Notes: generated by a model from the sequence alone, not told the origin. A DNA stretch of 64,000 nucleotides from an uncultured Pelagibacteraceae bacterium (GCA_902583075.1 CACHUN010000004.1:8680-72679); one strand, 5' to 3'. Numbered from the stretch's first letter, positions 28,009-37,804 are shown. Numbers and translations are program-made.

Positions 28009-29569
28009 TTTCTAATTTACTTTTTATTAATTCTTTGGTTTCTTGAACCCCAAAAAAGCTTATAAAAAAACCAAATCGTGGTCCATTTTCTACCCCAAAA
28101 ACTACCTCATATATTAACTTAAACCAATCACGCAAATTTTCTTTATAGCCATTTTCTTTGCCGACTGTATAAATTGTGGTCTGAATATCTTCAGGTTTCA
28201 TTGTGTCATCGCAGCTATCTAAAGAGTTTACCAAAGCAACTAAAGCATTCTTTTCACTTTCATTTGGTTTTTTATAAATCTTTTTAGATTTTATAGCGTC
28301 ATTAAAATATTTAATTGCATAAGATATTAAGTTGTCAAAAATTGGATGCATATCTTCATTAATATCTTTCTTATATTTCTTAACAAATTTCCAAAGTAAT
28401 TCTTTATTTTCAGCATTGCTAGTCTCTACTAAATTTAATAACATAGAGAAGGACATAATTGAATTTTCATCTGGAATCTCTGAATTGTGAACATGCCAAA
28501 CAGGATTCATAAGTTTTTGAAGTTCGTTTTGAGTTTTACTTTTTTCAACAAAATCAAGATATTCATCAACAGCTTTTGGTACTACTTCTCTATAAAGTTT
28601 TTTTGCTCTTTTTGGATTTTGGTACATATATAATGAGAGACTTTCGGGCGAAGCATATTCTAGCCATTGATCAATAGTGATGCCATTTCCTTTTGACTTA
28701 GATATTTTTTCACCTTTTTCATCTAAAAATAGCTCATATGCAAACCCAGACGGATTTGTTTTTCCTAATAATTTTATAATTTTTGTTGATAAAATTGCAC
28801 TCTCGATCAAATCTTTTCCATACATTTCAAAATCAACATCTAGTGCATACCATCTCATAGCCCAATCTACTTTCCACTGTAACTTACAATTTCCATCTAA
28901 AATACTTTGTTCTAATTTTTTACCATTATTATCGAAAATTATTTTTGAGTTTTTGGTATCTAGTTCTGAAACCGGTATCTCTAATACAACACCTGTATCT
29001 GGACATATCGGTAAAAATGGAGAATAAGTTTTTTGCCTTTCTTTACCAAGTGTGGGAATAATTATATTCATTATTCCTTCATAATTTTCTAAAATTAATT
29101 TTAATGAGTCGTTAAAAAAACCAGATTTATATAAGAATGTTGAGCTTTTAAAATTATATTTAAAATCAAATTTATTTAAAAAGTTTTTTAACATTTCATT
29201 ATTATGCTCTCCAAAACTATTAAATTTCCCAAAAGGATCTGGAACTTGGGTTAAAGGTTTGTGAAGATTTTGCTCTAGTTTTTTAGAATTAGGAATATTG
29301 TCTGGCACTTTTCTTAGTCCATCCATATCATCAGAAAATGTAATTATTTCTTTAGGAAGATCTGTTATATGATTTAAGGCATTAACAATCATTGATGTTC
29401 TTGCTACTTCACCAAAAGTACCAATATGAGGTAAGCCACTTGGGCCATATCCTGTTTGCAGAATTATTTTTCCTTTATTTTCAATATTTTTTTTTCTTTC
29501 TCTTAGAAGCTTTTTAGCTTCAACAAAAGGCCAAGCGTTTGTTTTATCTATGTTGGTTTTATCGATCAC
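28001..29569 (-). CDS. lysS: Class I lysyl-tRNA synthetase (GTG start)
   Basis: AWPF, TGYGPSGLPHIGT, KLQWKVDW, KISKSKGN and GPRFG motifs. Confidence 0.96.
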   Translation of the reverse strand: MIDKTNIDKTNAWPFVEAKKLLRERKKNIENKGKIILQTGYGPSGLPHIGTFGEVARTSMIVNALNHITDLPKEIITFSDDMDGLRKVPDNIPNSKKLEQNLHKPLTQVPDPFGKFNSFGEHNNEMLKNFLNKFDFKYNFKSSTFLYKSGFFNDSLKLILENYEGIMNIIIPTLGKERQKTYSPFLPICPDTGVVLEIPVSELDTKNSKIIFDNNGKKLEQSILDGNCKLQWKVDWAMRWYALDVDFEMYGKDLIESAILSTKIIKLLGKTNPSGFAYELFLDEKGEKISKSKGNGITIDQWLEYASPESLSLYMYQNPKRAKKLYREVVPKAVDEYLDFVEKSKTQNELQKLMNPVWHVHNSEIPDENSIMSFSMLLNLVETSNAENKELLWKFVKKYKKDINEDMHPIFDNLISYAIKYFNDAIKSKKIYKKPNESEKNALVALVNSLDSCDDTMKPEDIQTTIYTVGKENGYKENLRDWFKLIYEVVFGVENGPRFGFFISFFGVQETKELIKSKLENV

Positions 29570-29655
29570 TTTTAATCAAATAGCTTATAAAATAACGTTT
29601 TTAATAATTCTTATAGAGTTGAAATTTATTTACCATAAAATAATGTCCAATCAAA

Positions 29656-31104
29656 ATGTCCAATTATAAAACAGTTTTCTTTACGCTGGGAGTTTTGCAA
29701 ATTATTTTAGGGTTGTCGATGATTGCGCCAATTTTAGCGCAGTTTTTTTATAATGAACTCGACTCTGGTTTCATAAGTTCTGGGATTGTAACTATTATTT
29801 TTGGAGTTCTTTTTTTACTGACGAATTTAGATCATGATAAGGAAATTAGTTTACCACAAGCATTCCTTTTAACAGCTTTATCATGGTTGAGTATTGCTAT
29901 ATTTGGCTCACTTCCTTTCATATTTTCTGAGATTGAATTGAGCACAACTGATGCATTTTTTGAAAGCATGTCAGGTATTACTACAACTGGATCAACTATA
30001 ATCATAAATTTAAATGAAGCCCCCAAAAGTATTCTATTGTGGAGAGGAATGCTTCAATGGCTAGGTGGAATTGGTATTATCGTTATGGCAATTACTTTGA
30101 TGCCACTTATGAATATTGGTGGAATGCAGCTGTTTATTATATCCACAAGTGACACTCCAGAAAAATTTTTACCTAGATCAAAAGAAATAGCATTGAGATT
30201 GATCTTAGTATACTCAGGATTAACTTTTATATGTGCACTATTTTATAAAATATTTGGGATGAATTTTTTTGATAGCATAGTTCACTCAATGACAACAATA
30301 GCAACAGGGGGATTCTCAAATTATAATGAGTCTATAGGTTACTTTGATAATTCTTTAATAGAATTAACATCAATAATATTTATTATTTTAGGAAGTATTC
30401 CATTTATTGCCTATGTTAAATACTTAAATGGAGACAAAAAAATATTTTTTAAAGATACACAAATTAAAACTTTTATAAAAATTGTAATTTTTTCAATTGT
30501 CTTAATGTATTTATATTTATTTATCAAAAATCAGAGTTTTTTTGATACCAGCATAAGGTCGGTAGCATTTAATGTAATATCGATTTTAACTGGTACCGGT
30601 TATGTAACTCAAAACTTTAGTGATTGGGGACAATTCCCATTAATTTATTTTCTGATTCTAATGTTTATTGGTGGGTGTGCAGGCTCTACAGCTTGTGGAA
30701 TTAAAATATTTAGAGTCCAAATTTTATTCCAGTTTATTTCTGTTCAACTTAAGAAAATAATTTATCCGAGGGGTATATTTAAAATAAAATATGAAAATAA
30801 TAATATTGATGAAAAATTTCTAGCATCAATTATATCTTTTATATTTTTATATATTGTAATTTTTTTTCTTATAACTGCTCTTTTATCAACAAGTGGTTTA
30901 GATTTGACTACGTCAATATCTGCTGCTGCAACATCGATATCAAATGTAGGGCCTGGTTTAGGTGATATTATTGGTCCAAACGGTAATTTTTCAAATTTAT
31001 CTGATTTTTCAAAGTGGGTTTTAAGTTTAGCAATGATTTTAGGTAGATTAGAATTATTTGCTGTATTAGTATTATTTATTCCTTCATTTTGGAGAAAATA
31101 TTAA
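29656..31104 (+). CDS. trkH: Trk potassium uptake membrane protein
   Basis: FESMSGITTTG, ATGGFS, GGCAGST..GIK, SNVGPG and GRLE motifs. Confidence 0.95.
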   Translation: MSNYKTVFFTLGVLQIILGLSMIAPILAQFFYNELDSGFISSGIVTIIFGVLFLLTNLDHDKEISLPQAFLLTALSWLSIAIFGSLPFIFSEIELSTTDAFFESMSGITTTGSTIIINLNEAPKSILLWRGMLQWLGGIGIIVMAITLMPLMNIGGMQLFIISTSDTPEKFLPRSKEIALRLILVYSGLTFICALFYKIFGMNFFDSIVHSMTTIATGGFSNYNESIGYFDNSLIELTSIIFIILGSIPFIAYVKYLNGDKKIFFKDTQIKTFIKIVIFSIVLMYLYLFIKNQSFFDTSIRSVAFNVISILTGTGYVTQNFSDWGQFPLIYFLILMFIGGCAGSTACGIKIFRVQILFQFISVQLKKIIYPRGIFKIKYENNNIDEKFLASIISFIFLYIVIFFLITALLSTSGLDLTTSISAAATSISNVGPGLGDIIGPNGNFSNLSDFSKWVLSLAMILGRLELFAVLVLFIPSFWRKY

Positions 31105-32477
31105 TGTCTGAAACTAAACAAAGCTGGGTAGGTTCATTATTAGTTTATAAAGATATTAGGATGTTAAGAATATTGCTTCTAGGGGCAATCAGTGGTTTTC
31201 CTTGGGTATTAATTGCAAGTAGCTTAAGTCTTTGGCTAAAGGAAGAGGGATTAAGCAGATCAACAATTGGTTGGGCAGGACTAATATTTGGAGTGTATGC
31301 ATTTAATTATTTATGGGCTCCAATAATTGACAGAGTACAAATTCCACTTTTAACAAAAAAATTAGGGCATAGACGTGGATGGATTGTATTAATGCAAATA
31401 ATTATTTTATTAAGCTTGGTAGTTTGGAGTTTTATAAATCCTACTCAAAACCTTGCACTCTTAATCAGTGTTGGATTGGTAATTGCTATTGCTTCTGCTA
31501 CTCAAGATATTACTGTTGATGCACTAAGAATAGAACAGATTAATTCAGATGAGGGAAAATCTATGGCTGCCGGAGCTGCTATGGCAGTTGTTGGATGGTG
31601 GACAGGTTATAAATTAGGAGGTGTTATAGCATTGTTCACTGCAGAATTTTTTGAAAACATGGGTGTAGCTAATTATTGGCAGACTACGTTTTTAGTATTA
31701 GGGATTTTAATTATTATTATGAATATAGGTTTGATGTTTGTTCATGAAGCAATTGATTTTAATAGAGTAAATAATCAAAAAGCAACAGATCAAATTATTA
31801 AAGACAAACTTGGATCCAATAATATTATAACAAATTTTATTGCTTATATTACAGGAACAATTGGCGGACCAATTATAAGCTTTTTCAAAAAAAATGGATT
31901 AGCAATTGCACTAGGAATTTTAGGTTTTGTATTTTTATTCAAGATCGGAGAAGCATTTTTAGGTCGGATGTCGATTGTTTTTTATAAAGAAATTGGTTTT
32001 TCTAAAGGTCAAATAGCTATCTATTCTAAGGGATTAGGATGGATTACTACTGTAGTATTTACTTTACTTGGTGGAATAATGGCAATGCGGGCTGGAACTA
32101 TTAAAACAATGTTTTTTGCGGGTGGTTTAATGGCTATAACAAATCTTACTTTTGCAGTTTTAGCTTGGACAGGTAAATCTGAACTTTTATTTGCAATAGC
32201 TGTAATTGCAGATGACATAACTGCAGCATTTGCTACTGTTGCATTTGTTGCTTTTATATCATTGTTAGTGGATAGAACCTATACAGCCACTCAATATGCA
32301 TTATTAGCATCAATTGGTACAGCTGGAAGAACAACGCTTGCCTCATCTTCAGGAGCGTTGGTAGATTGGTTGAATGGAGACTGGGGTACTTTTTTTGTAA
32401 TAACAACTGTTATGGTGATACCATCACTAATTTGTCTTTGGTTTATAAGGAATAAAGTAAAAATCGGTGCAAAATAG
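31104..32477 (+). CDS. ampG: AmpG-family muropeptide MFS permease (start ATG at 31104)
   Basis: LG..SGFP, LWAPIID, RRGW, ASATQDI.VDA.RIE and TATQYALL motifs. Confidence 0.88.
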   Translation: MSETKQSWVGSLLVYKDIRMLRILLLGAISGFPWVLIASSLSLWLKEEGLSRSTIGWAGLIFGVYAFNYLWAPIIDRVQIPLLTKKLGHRRGWIVLMQIIILLSLVVWSFINPTQNLALLISVGLVIAIASATQDITVDALRIEQINSDEGKSMAAGAAMAVVGWWTGYKLGGVIALFTAEFFENMGVANYWQTTFLVLGILIIIMNIGLMFVHEAIDFNRVNNQKATDQIIKDKLGSNNIITNFIAYITGTIGGPIISFFKKNGLAIALGILGFVFLFKIGEAFLGRMSIVFYKEIGFSKGQIAIYSKGLGWITTVVFTLLGGIMAMRAGTIKTMFFAGGLMAITNLTFAVLAWTGKSELLFAIAVIADDITAAFATVAFVAFISLLVDRTYTATQYALLASIGTAGRTTLASSSGALVDWLNGDWGTFFVITTVMVIPSLICLWFIRNKVKIGAK

Positions 32478-33213
32478 CTTTTTTTGCAGTAAATCATACT
32501 TGAACGTATATGAGTTAGCATCAAAAAACTCTAATATAAGCACTCAATTATTATACGGTGAAAAATTTAAAGTAATCAAAAGAAATAAAAAATTTTTAAA
32601 GATCAAAGCTGACTTTGATGATTATGTTGGTTTTATAAAAGTTGGAAAGTTTAACAAAAGATTAAATAAGACTTATAAAGTTAGTGTATTAAAGTCTAAA
32701 ATTTATTCAAAACCTAAAAGTAAATTTGGTACAAAAAAATACCTTCCTTTTTCATCAGAAATTGAAATTTTAAATAAAAATAATAATTTTGTAATGTTTG
32801 AAAAAAATAAATGGATTAGGTTTAATGACCTAGAGATTATAAATAAACGAAATATGGATTTTACGAAAATATTAAAAATTTTTTTAAATTGTAAATATAA
32901 ATGGGGTGGAAAAAGTTTTGAAGGTATTGACTGTTCAGCTTTATTACAAATATTTTATAAATTTAATAATAAATTTTTTCCAAGAGATACGATTGATCAG
33001 ATTAAGATTAAAAAAGGAACTGTACAAAAAAAAAATTTCAAAAAGGGGGATATTATTTTTTGGAAAGGACATGTAGCAATTTGTTTGAATTCTAAAAATT
33101 TAATTCATGCATATGGACCAAGAAAAAAAGTTTTAATAATGCCAATTAATAAAACTATTAAAATAATTGAGAAAACTGCGAATTTAAAAGTAGCAAAAGT
33201 TGTATCTATTTAA
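32467..33213 (+). CDS. NlpC/P60 (C40) peptidase with N-terminal SH3-like region
   Basis: TQLLYGE, Y.WGG...GIDCS, PRD, GD.IFWKGHVA and IHA (Cys-His-His) motifs. Confidence 0.88.
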   Translation: MQNSFFCSKSYLNVYELASKNSNISTQLLYGEKFKVIKRNKKFLKIKADFDDYVGFIKVGKFNKRLNKTYKVSVLKSKIYSKPKSKFGTKKYLPFSSEIEILNKNNNFVMFEKNKWIRFNDLEIINKRNMDFTKILKIFLNCKYKWGGKSFEGIDCSALLQIFYKFNNKFFPRDTIDQIKIKKGTVQKKNFKKGDIIFWKGHVAICLNSKNLIHAYGPRKKVLIMPINKTIKIIEKTANLKVAKVVSI

Positions 33214-34109
33214 TCTTGGTCTCTTCCAAAATCTGGTTTTGCTATATCTTGTTTTAAACTTAGTATCTGCTGTCTTACTTTTTTTGAATTAATTAATTTC
33301 TTTCTTAAAGTCTTATCATCTAAATTTTTTATATTTTTCTTAAAGGAATTTAAATTATTAATAAATAAGTTTATTGCACTAACTATATTTCTTTTATTAT
33401 TAAAAAAAATATCTCTCCACATTATTTCATTAGATGCGGCTATCCTTGAAAAATCTCTTAATCCTCCCGCACTAAACTTTATGATATTTTTTTTTTGTTT
33501 TTTTTGAAAATCTTGTGCAGTTTTAATCAAGTTATAAGCAATTAGATGAGGCAAATGACTTGTAATTGAAAAAACTTTATCATGAATTTTTGCATCCATA
33601 ATAATTACATTTGAACCTAATTTTTTCCAAAATTTTAGTAATTTGTTTTGTTTTATTTTATTTTTATCGCTTACTACAATACACCATTTGTTCAAAAAAA
33701 GATTTTTAGTACCATATTCAGGTCCACTTACTTCGGAGCCTGATATTGGGTGACTTGTAATCCAATCAAGAGATTTAGATAATTTTTTATTTTTCAATTT
33801 TAATATATTTTCTTTAGTTGAGCCTACATCAGTAATTAAGCAATTTTTATTCAAATACTTGTTTAAATTAGGAATAATTTTCTCATATTCGCTCATTGGC
33901 GTTGATAATACTACAAAATCAAAATCAGATAATTTATCGTCCAATTTTTTAAGAATTCTTATTTTGCTATTAATTTTTTTTATTTTTAGAATATTTTTTT
34001 GTGATTTTTCGTAAACAAAATAATATTTAGAGATTTTCTTACTTATCGAACCTCGTAATATTGAAGACCCTATAAGTCCGCAACCAATAATTAAAATTTT
34101 TTTAAACAT
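33210..34109 (-). CDS. tyrA: Prephenate/arogenate (cyclohexadienyl) dehydrogenase
   Basis: IIGCGLIGSS, TDVGSTK, HPISGSE, HD...TSHLPH and GGLRDFSRIA motifs. Confidence 0.92.
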   Translation of the reverse strand: MFKKILIIGCGLIGSSILRGSISKKISKYYFVYEKSQKNILKIKKINSKIRILKKLDDKLSDFDFVVLSTPMSEYEKIIPNLNKYLNKNCLITDVGSTKENILKLKNKKLSKSLDWITSHPISGSEVSGPEYGTKNLFLNKWCIVVSDKNKIKQNKLLKFWKKLGSNVIIMDAKIHDKVFSITSHLPHLIAYNLIKTAQDFQKKQKKNIIKFSAGGLRDFSRIAASNEIMWRDIFFNNKRNIVSAINLFINNLNSFKKNIKNLDDKTLRKKLINSKKVRQQILSLKQDIAKPDFGRDQD

Positions 34110-35187
34110 TTTTAAAGATATTATTCAATTTATTTAGCAATAGTTTATTTTCACTACTATTTCCTATAGTAAGTCTCAAACAATTTTTAATTCCATATGA
34201 ATTCATCTCTCTTAAAATTATTCCTGAAGCTTCAAGTTTTTTTTCTACAAAACTAGCTGAAAGTTTACAATTTTTAAAATCTAAAAGAAAAAAATTTGGT
34301 CCAATATCGTTTGTCTTAATATTATATGAATTCAATGTCTTTTGTATTTTTTTTGCCCAATCTAAATTGTGTTTTACAGATTTGTTTATAAACCTTTGAT
34401 CTTTTAAAGATTCAATAGCGCATGACTGTGCTATCTTATTAACATTAAACGGTGGTTTAATTTTATACAGGGCGTCTACTATTTTTTTGCTTCCATATCC
34501 CCATCCAACTCTTAAGGAAGCAAGTCCATAAATTTTAGAGAAAGTTCTCAATATAAATACATTATTTTTATTTTTGAAAAGCTCTAAACCTGATTTGTAA
34601 TCTTTATTTAGCATATATTCAAAATAAGCATCGTCAACAACAAGTAAAATTTTTTTATTTAAACGCTTTCTTAATTCTAATAACTGTTTTTTCGAAATAT
34701 ATGTGCCTGTGGGATTATTAGGGTTAGCTAAAAATACAATTTTAGTCTTGTTTGATACTTTTTTCAAAATTTCATTATTTGATACTTTAAAATTTATTTC
34801 TTTAGAAAATACAACCTTCGCCCCCACTATTTGCGCATAAATTCTGTACATTAAAAAACTAAATTCTGGCACAATCACCTGATCCCCTTTATTTAAAAAT
34901 AGTTGGCATATCATTTGAATAATTTCATCGGACCCAGATCCACAAATCACTTGGTTTTGATTACAATTATATTTTTTTGAAATTATAGAAGTTAAATCTC
35001 TGAATTTCCCGTCTGGGTATTTGGAGATATTGTCATTAAATTTTTTTATTACTTTTTTAGCATCATTACTCATACCTAAGGCAGACTCATTTGCTGATAA
35101 TTTAATTATTTTTTTTTTTTTACTTAAAAAAGATCTTCCTGGTTTGTAAGCTTGTAAGGTTATTTTTCTAAATATTGGGGTATTCAT
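34102..35187 (-). CDS. hisC: Histidinol-phosphate aminotransferase
   Basis: KLSANE, GSDE, ANPNNPTG, DDAY and RTFSKIYGLA.LRVG motifs. Confidence 0.93.
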   Translation of the reverse strand: MNTPIFRKITLQAYKPGRSFLSKKKKIIKLSANESALGMSNDAKKVIKKFNDNISKYPDGKFRDLTSIISKKYNCNQNQVICGSGSDEIIQMICQLFLNKGDQVIVPEFSFLMYRIYAQIVGAKVVFSKEINFKVSNNEILKKVSNKTKIVFLANPNNPTGTYISKKQLLELRKRLNKKILLVVDDAYFEYMLNKDYKSGLELFKNKNNVFILRTFSKIYGLASLRVGWGYGSKKIVDALYKIKPPFNVNKIAQSCAIESLKDQRFINKSVKHNLDWAKKIQKTLNSYNIKTNDIGPNFFLLDFKNCKLSASFVEKKLEASGIILREMNSYGIKNCLRLTIGNSSENKLLLNKLNNIFKNV

Positions 35188-35251
35188 GATGTTAATTTTT
35201 ATTAATAAATAGTCAGATAATTAGATAATACAATCAATAATTCTAAAAAAA

Positions 35252-35280
35252 TTGACATCCAAAAAGCTATCTTATAAAAC
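35252..35280 (+). promoter_or_regulatory. Putative sigma70 promoter of metX
   Basis: TTGACA-N17-TAAAAC, predicting a start at about 35287, the first base of the aptamer. Confidence 0.65.
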
Positions 35281-35286
35281 GTTTTT

Positions 35287-35337
35287 GCGCTGATTTAACT
35301 GAATTGCGAGCGCTATAAAAAACCTGCTAAATAAGTT
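35287..35337 (+). ncRNA. SAM-II riboswitch aptamer
   Basis: GCGCT-GATTTAACTGAATTGCG-AGCGC...GCTAAATAAG: P1 GCGCU/AGCGC, conserved UGAUUUAAC loop, UUGC/GC(U)AA pseudoknot, AACU/AGUU; upstream of metX. Confidence 0.92.
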
Positions 35338-35369
35338 TTTTTTCTCACAATTCATTCAGCAAAAATATT

Positions 35370-36503
35370 ATGAGTAATTTTGGTAAAATGAAAAGTATAT
35401 TAATTAAAGAACCTCTTAAACTTGATTGTGGAAAAGAAATATCAAATTTTCCATTAGCTTATGAGACTTATGGAAATCTTAATGAAAAAAAAGACAATGC
35501 CATATTAATTTTTCATGCACTAACAGGAGATCAGTTTGCTTCAGACATAAACCCTGTGACAAATAAAGAAGGTTGGTGGAATTATGCAGTTGGCCCAGGT
35601 AAAGCGTTTGATACTGGAAAATTTTTTGTTATTTGTGCAAATGTCATTGGTGGTTGTATGGGATCGTACGGACCAGGAACTATTGATCCATTGACTAACA
35701 AACCTATAGCAACAAATTTTCCAGTTATTACAATAAACGATATGGTTAATGCTCAATATAAACTTTTGGATCACTTTAAAATAGAAAAATTATTTGCAGT
35801 TGCTGGTGGTTCAATGGGCGGAATGCAAGTATTACAATTTGTATCAAATTTTCCGAACAAGGCTAAGGTTGCCTTGCCAATTGCTTGTACAGCTAGTCAC
35901 TCAGCACAAAATATTGCTTTCAATGAACTTGGAAGACAAGCAATTATGTCAGATATTAATTGGAAAGACGGTCTATATGACGGGAAGACATTTAATCCAG
36001 ACAAAGGTTTGGCTGTAGCTAGAATGGCAGCACATATTACATATTTATCAAAAAAAGGATTACAAGAAAAATTTGGTCGAAATCTACAAGAAAGATCTGA
36101 TTTAAAATTTGGTTTTGATGCTGACTTTCAAATTGAGAGTTATTTAAGATATCAAGGCTCTGTGTTTGTGGATAGATTTGATGCAAATAGTTACTTATAT
36201 ATTACAAGAGCAATGGACTACTTTGATTTGACTAAACAACATGGTGGGAATCTTTCTAAAGCTTTTAAAGATAGTAAGACAAAGTTTTTCATTATTTCAT
36301 TTACTTCGGATTGGTTATATCCAACTTCTGAAAATAAAGACATTGTAATAGCACTAAATGCTATAGGAGCTGATGTTGGTTTTGTAGAAATTAAAACTGA
36401 TAAGGGTCATGACTCTTTTTTATTAGATGTGCCAGATTTTTTAAGCACTATTAAAAACTACTTAAACACTACTTATTTAAATATAAATGAAAGAAGAATT
36501 TAA
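35370..36503 (+). CDS. metX: Homoserine O-acetyltransferase
   Basis: HALTGD, GWW, NVIGGC.GS, GGSMGGMQ, RFDANSY, DWLYP and GHDSFL motifs. Confidence 0.95.
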   Translation: MSNFGKMKSILIKEPLKLDCGKEISNFPLAYETYGNLNEKKDNAILIFHALTGDQFASDINPVTNKEGWWNYAVGPGKAFDTGKFFVICANVIGGCMGSYGPGTIDPLTNKPIATNFPVITINDMVNAQYKLLDHFKIEKLFAVAGGSMGGMQVLQFVSNFPNKAKVALPIACTASHSAQNIAFNELGRQAIMSDINWKDGLYDGKTFNPDKGLAVARMAAHITYLSKKGLQEKFGRNLQERSDLKFGFDADFQIESYLRYQGSVFVDRFDANSYLYITRAMDYFDLTKQHGGNLSKAFKDSKTKFFIISFTSDWLYPTSENKDIVIALNAIGADVGFVEIKTDKGHDSFLLDVPDFLSTIKNYLNTTYLNINERRI

Positions 36504-37083
36504 AGTTATATCAGAATTAATTGATGAAAAATCAAGAGTCCTAGACGTTGGATGTGGTGATGGAATTTTGATGGAATATTTATTAAAAAATAAAGTGGTA
36601 GATGTAAGAGGACTTGAAATTTCCAAAGAAAAAGTCAAAAAATGTTTATCAAATGGACTAGCTGTAGTTGAAGGTGATGCAGAGTATGACTTAAAACAAT
36701 TTCCAGATTTATCTTTTGATTATGTGATTCTTAGTCAAACTTTACAAGCTTTCATGAGTCCAGAGAATGTAATTAAAGATTTATTAAGAATTGGTAAGAA
36801 AGTTATTGTAACCATTCCAAATTTTGGACATTGGAAAGTTAGACTAGATTTACTTTTTAAAGGAGAAATGCCAATTACTAAGAATTTGCCTTATGAATGG
36901 TATAATACTCCAAATTTACATATGTGTACAATTCAAGACTTTTATAATTTTTGTAATAATAAAAGGATCAATATTTTTAAAACAATTTCTTTAAATGGAC
37001 AAAAAACTTCAAAAATTACATCTTCAAATTTGAAATTTAAAAACCTAATATCTGAGTTAGGTATTTTTTTACTAGAGAAATAA
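36487..37083 (+). CDS. metW: Methionine biosynthesis protein MetW
   Basis: VLDVGCGDG, ILSQTLQ, PNFGHW and WYNTPN.H motifs, overlaps metX. Confidence 0.94.
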   Translation: MKEEFKVISELIDEKSRVLDVGCGDGILMEYLLKNKVVDVRGLEISKEKVKKCLSNGLAVVEGDAEYDLKQFPDLSFDYVILSQTLQAFMSPENVIKDLLRIGKKVIVTIPNFGHWKVRLDLLFKGEMPITKNLPYEWYNTPNLHMCTIQDFYNFCNNKRINIFKTISLNGQKTSKITSSNLKFKNLISELGIFLLEK

Positions 37084-37084
37084 T

Positions 37085-37804
37085 ATGAAAATAGAAATAA
37101 TAAAATGTTTAGAGGATAATTTTTCATATTTATTAATTGATGAAATTAATAGATCTGCTGTTGTGATAGATCCAAGCGAAGCAGAGCCTGTAATAAATAA
37201 AATTGAAAGTCTCGACTTAAAATTAAAATTTATAATGAACACTCACCATCATTATGATCATGTTGGAGGCAATAAAGAGCTTAAAAAATTATATAATGCC
37301 AAAGTTATCGGTTTTGATCAGGACAAACACAGAATACCTGAAATAGATATATTGGTAAAAAATAATGAAATTTGGAAAGCTGGTATATTTGAAGCAAAAG
37401 TTTTTCATATTCCAGGACATACTTTAGGTCATGTATGTTTTTATTTTTTCAAAGAGAATGCATTATTTTCTGGAGATACATTGTTTTCATTAGGTTGTGG
37501 AAGAGTATTTGAGGGCACTCATGAAGAAATGTTTAATTCCTTACAGTTAATAAAGAGTTTACCTTTAGATACAGAAATTTATTGTGGACATGAATATACA
37601 TTAAAAAATTCGGATTTTTGTTTAAAGTATGATTCAGATAACAAGAGACTAATTTCAAAAATTGAGACAGTAAAAAATAAGTTAGCAAAAGGAATACCAA
37701 CTATACCCTCTACTCTTGAAGAAGAACTACAAACCAATATTTTTTTAAGATCAAAAAACGTTAAAAACTTTTCAAAATTGAGAGATTTAAAGGATAATTT
37801 CTAA
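37085..37804 (+). CDS. gloB: Hydroxyacylglutathione hydrolase (glyoxalase II)
   Basis: THHHYDHVGG, PGHT, GDTLF..GCGR.FEG and CGHEYT motifs. Confidence 0.95.
   Translation: MKIEIIKCLEDNFSYLLIDEINRSAVVIDPSEAEPVINKIESLDLKLKFIMNTHHHYDHVGGNKELKKLYNAKVIGFDQDKHRIPEIDILVKNNEIWKAGIFEAKVFHIPGHTLGHVCFYFFKENALFSGDTLFSLGCGRVFEGTHEEMFNSLQLIKSLPLDTEIYCGHEYTLKNSDFCLKYDSDNKRLISKIETVKNKLAKGIPTIPSTLEEELQTNIFLRSKNVKNFSKLRDLKDNF

Noticed and set aside
32467-35187. Very AT- and Lys/Asn-rich genes (also 11801-13893 and 39547-42411) as horizontally acquired islands
   Set aside because: They are core genes in typical alphaproteobacterial order; the bias fits AT drift in less constrained proteins.
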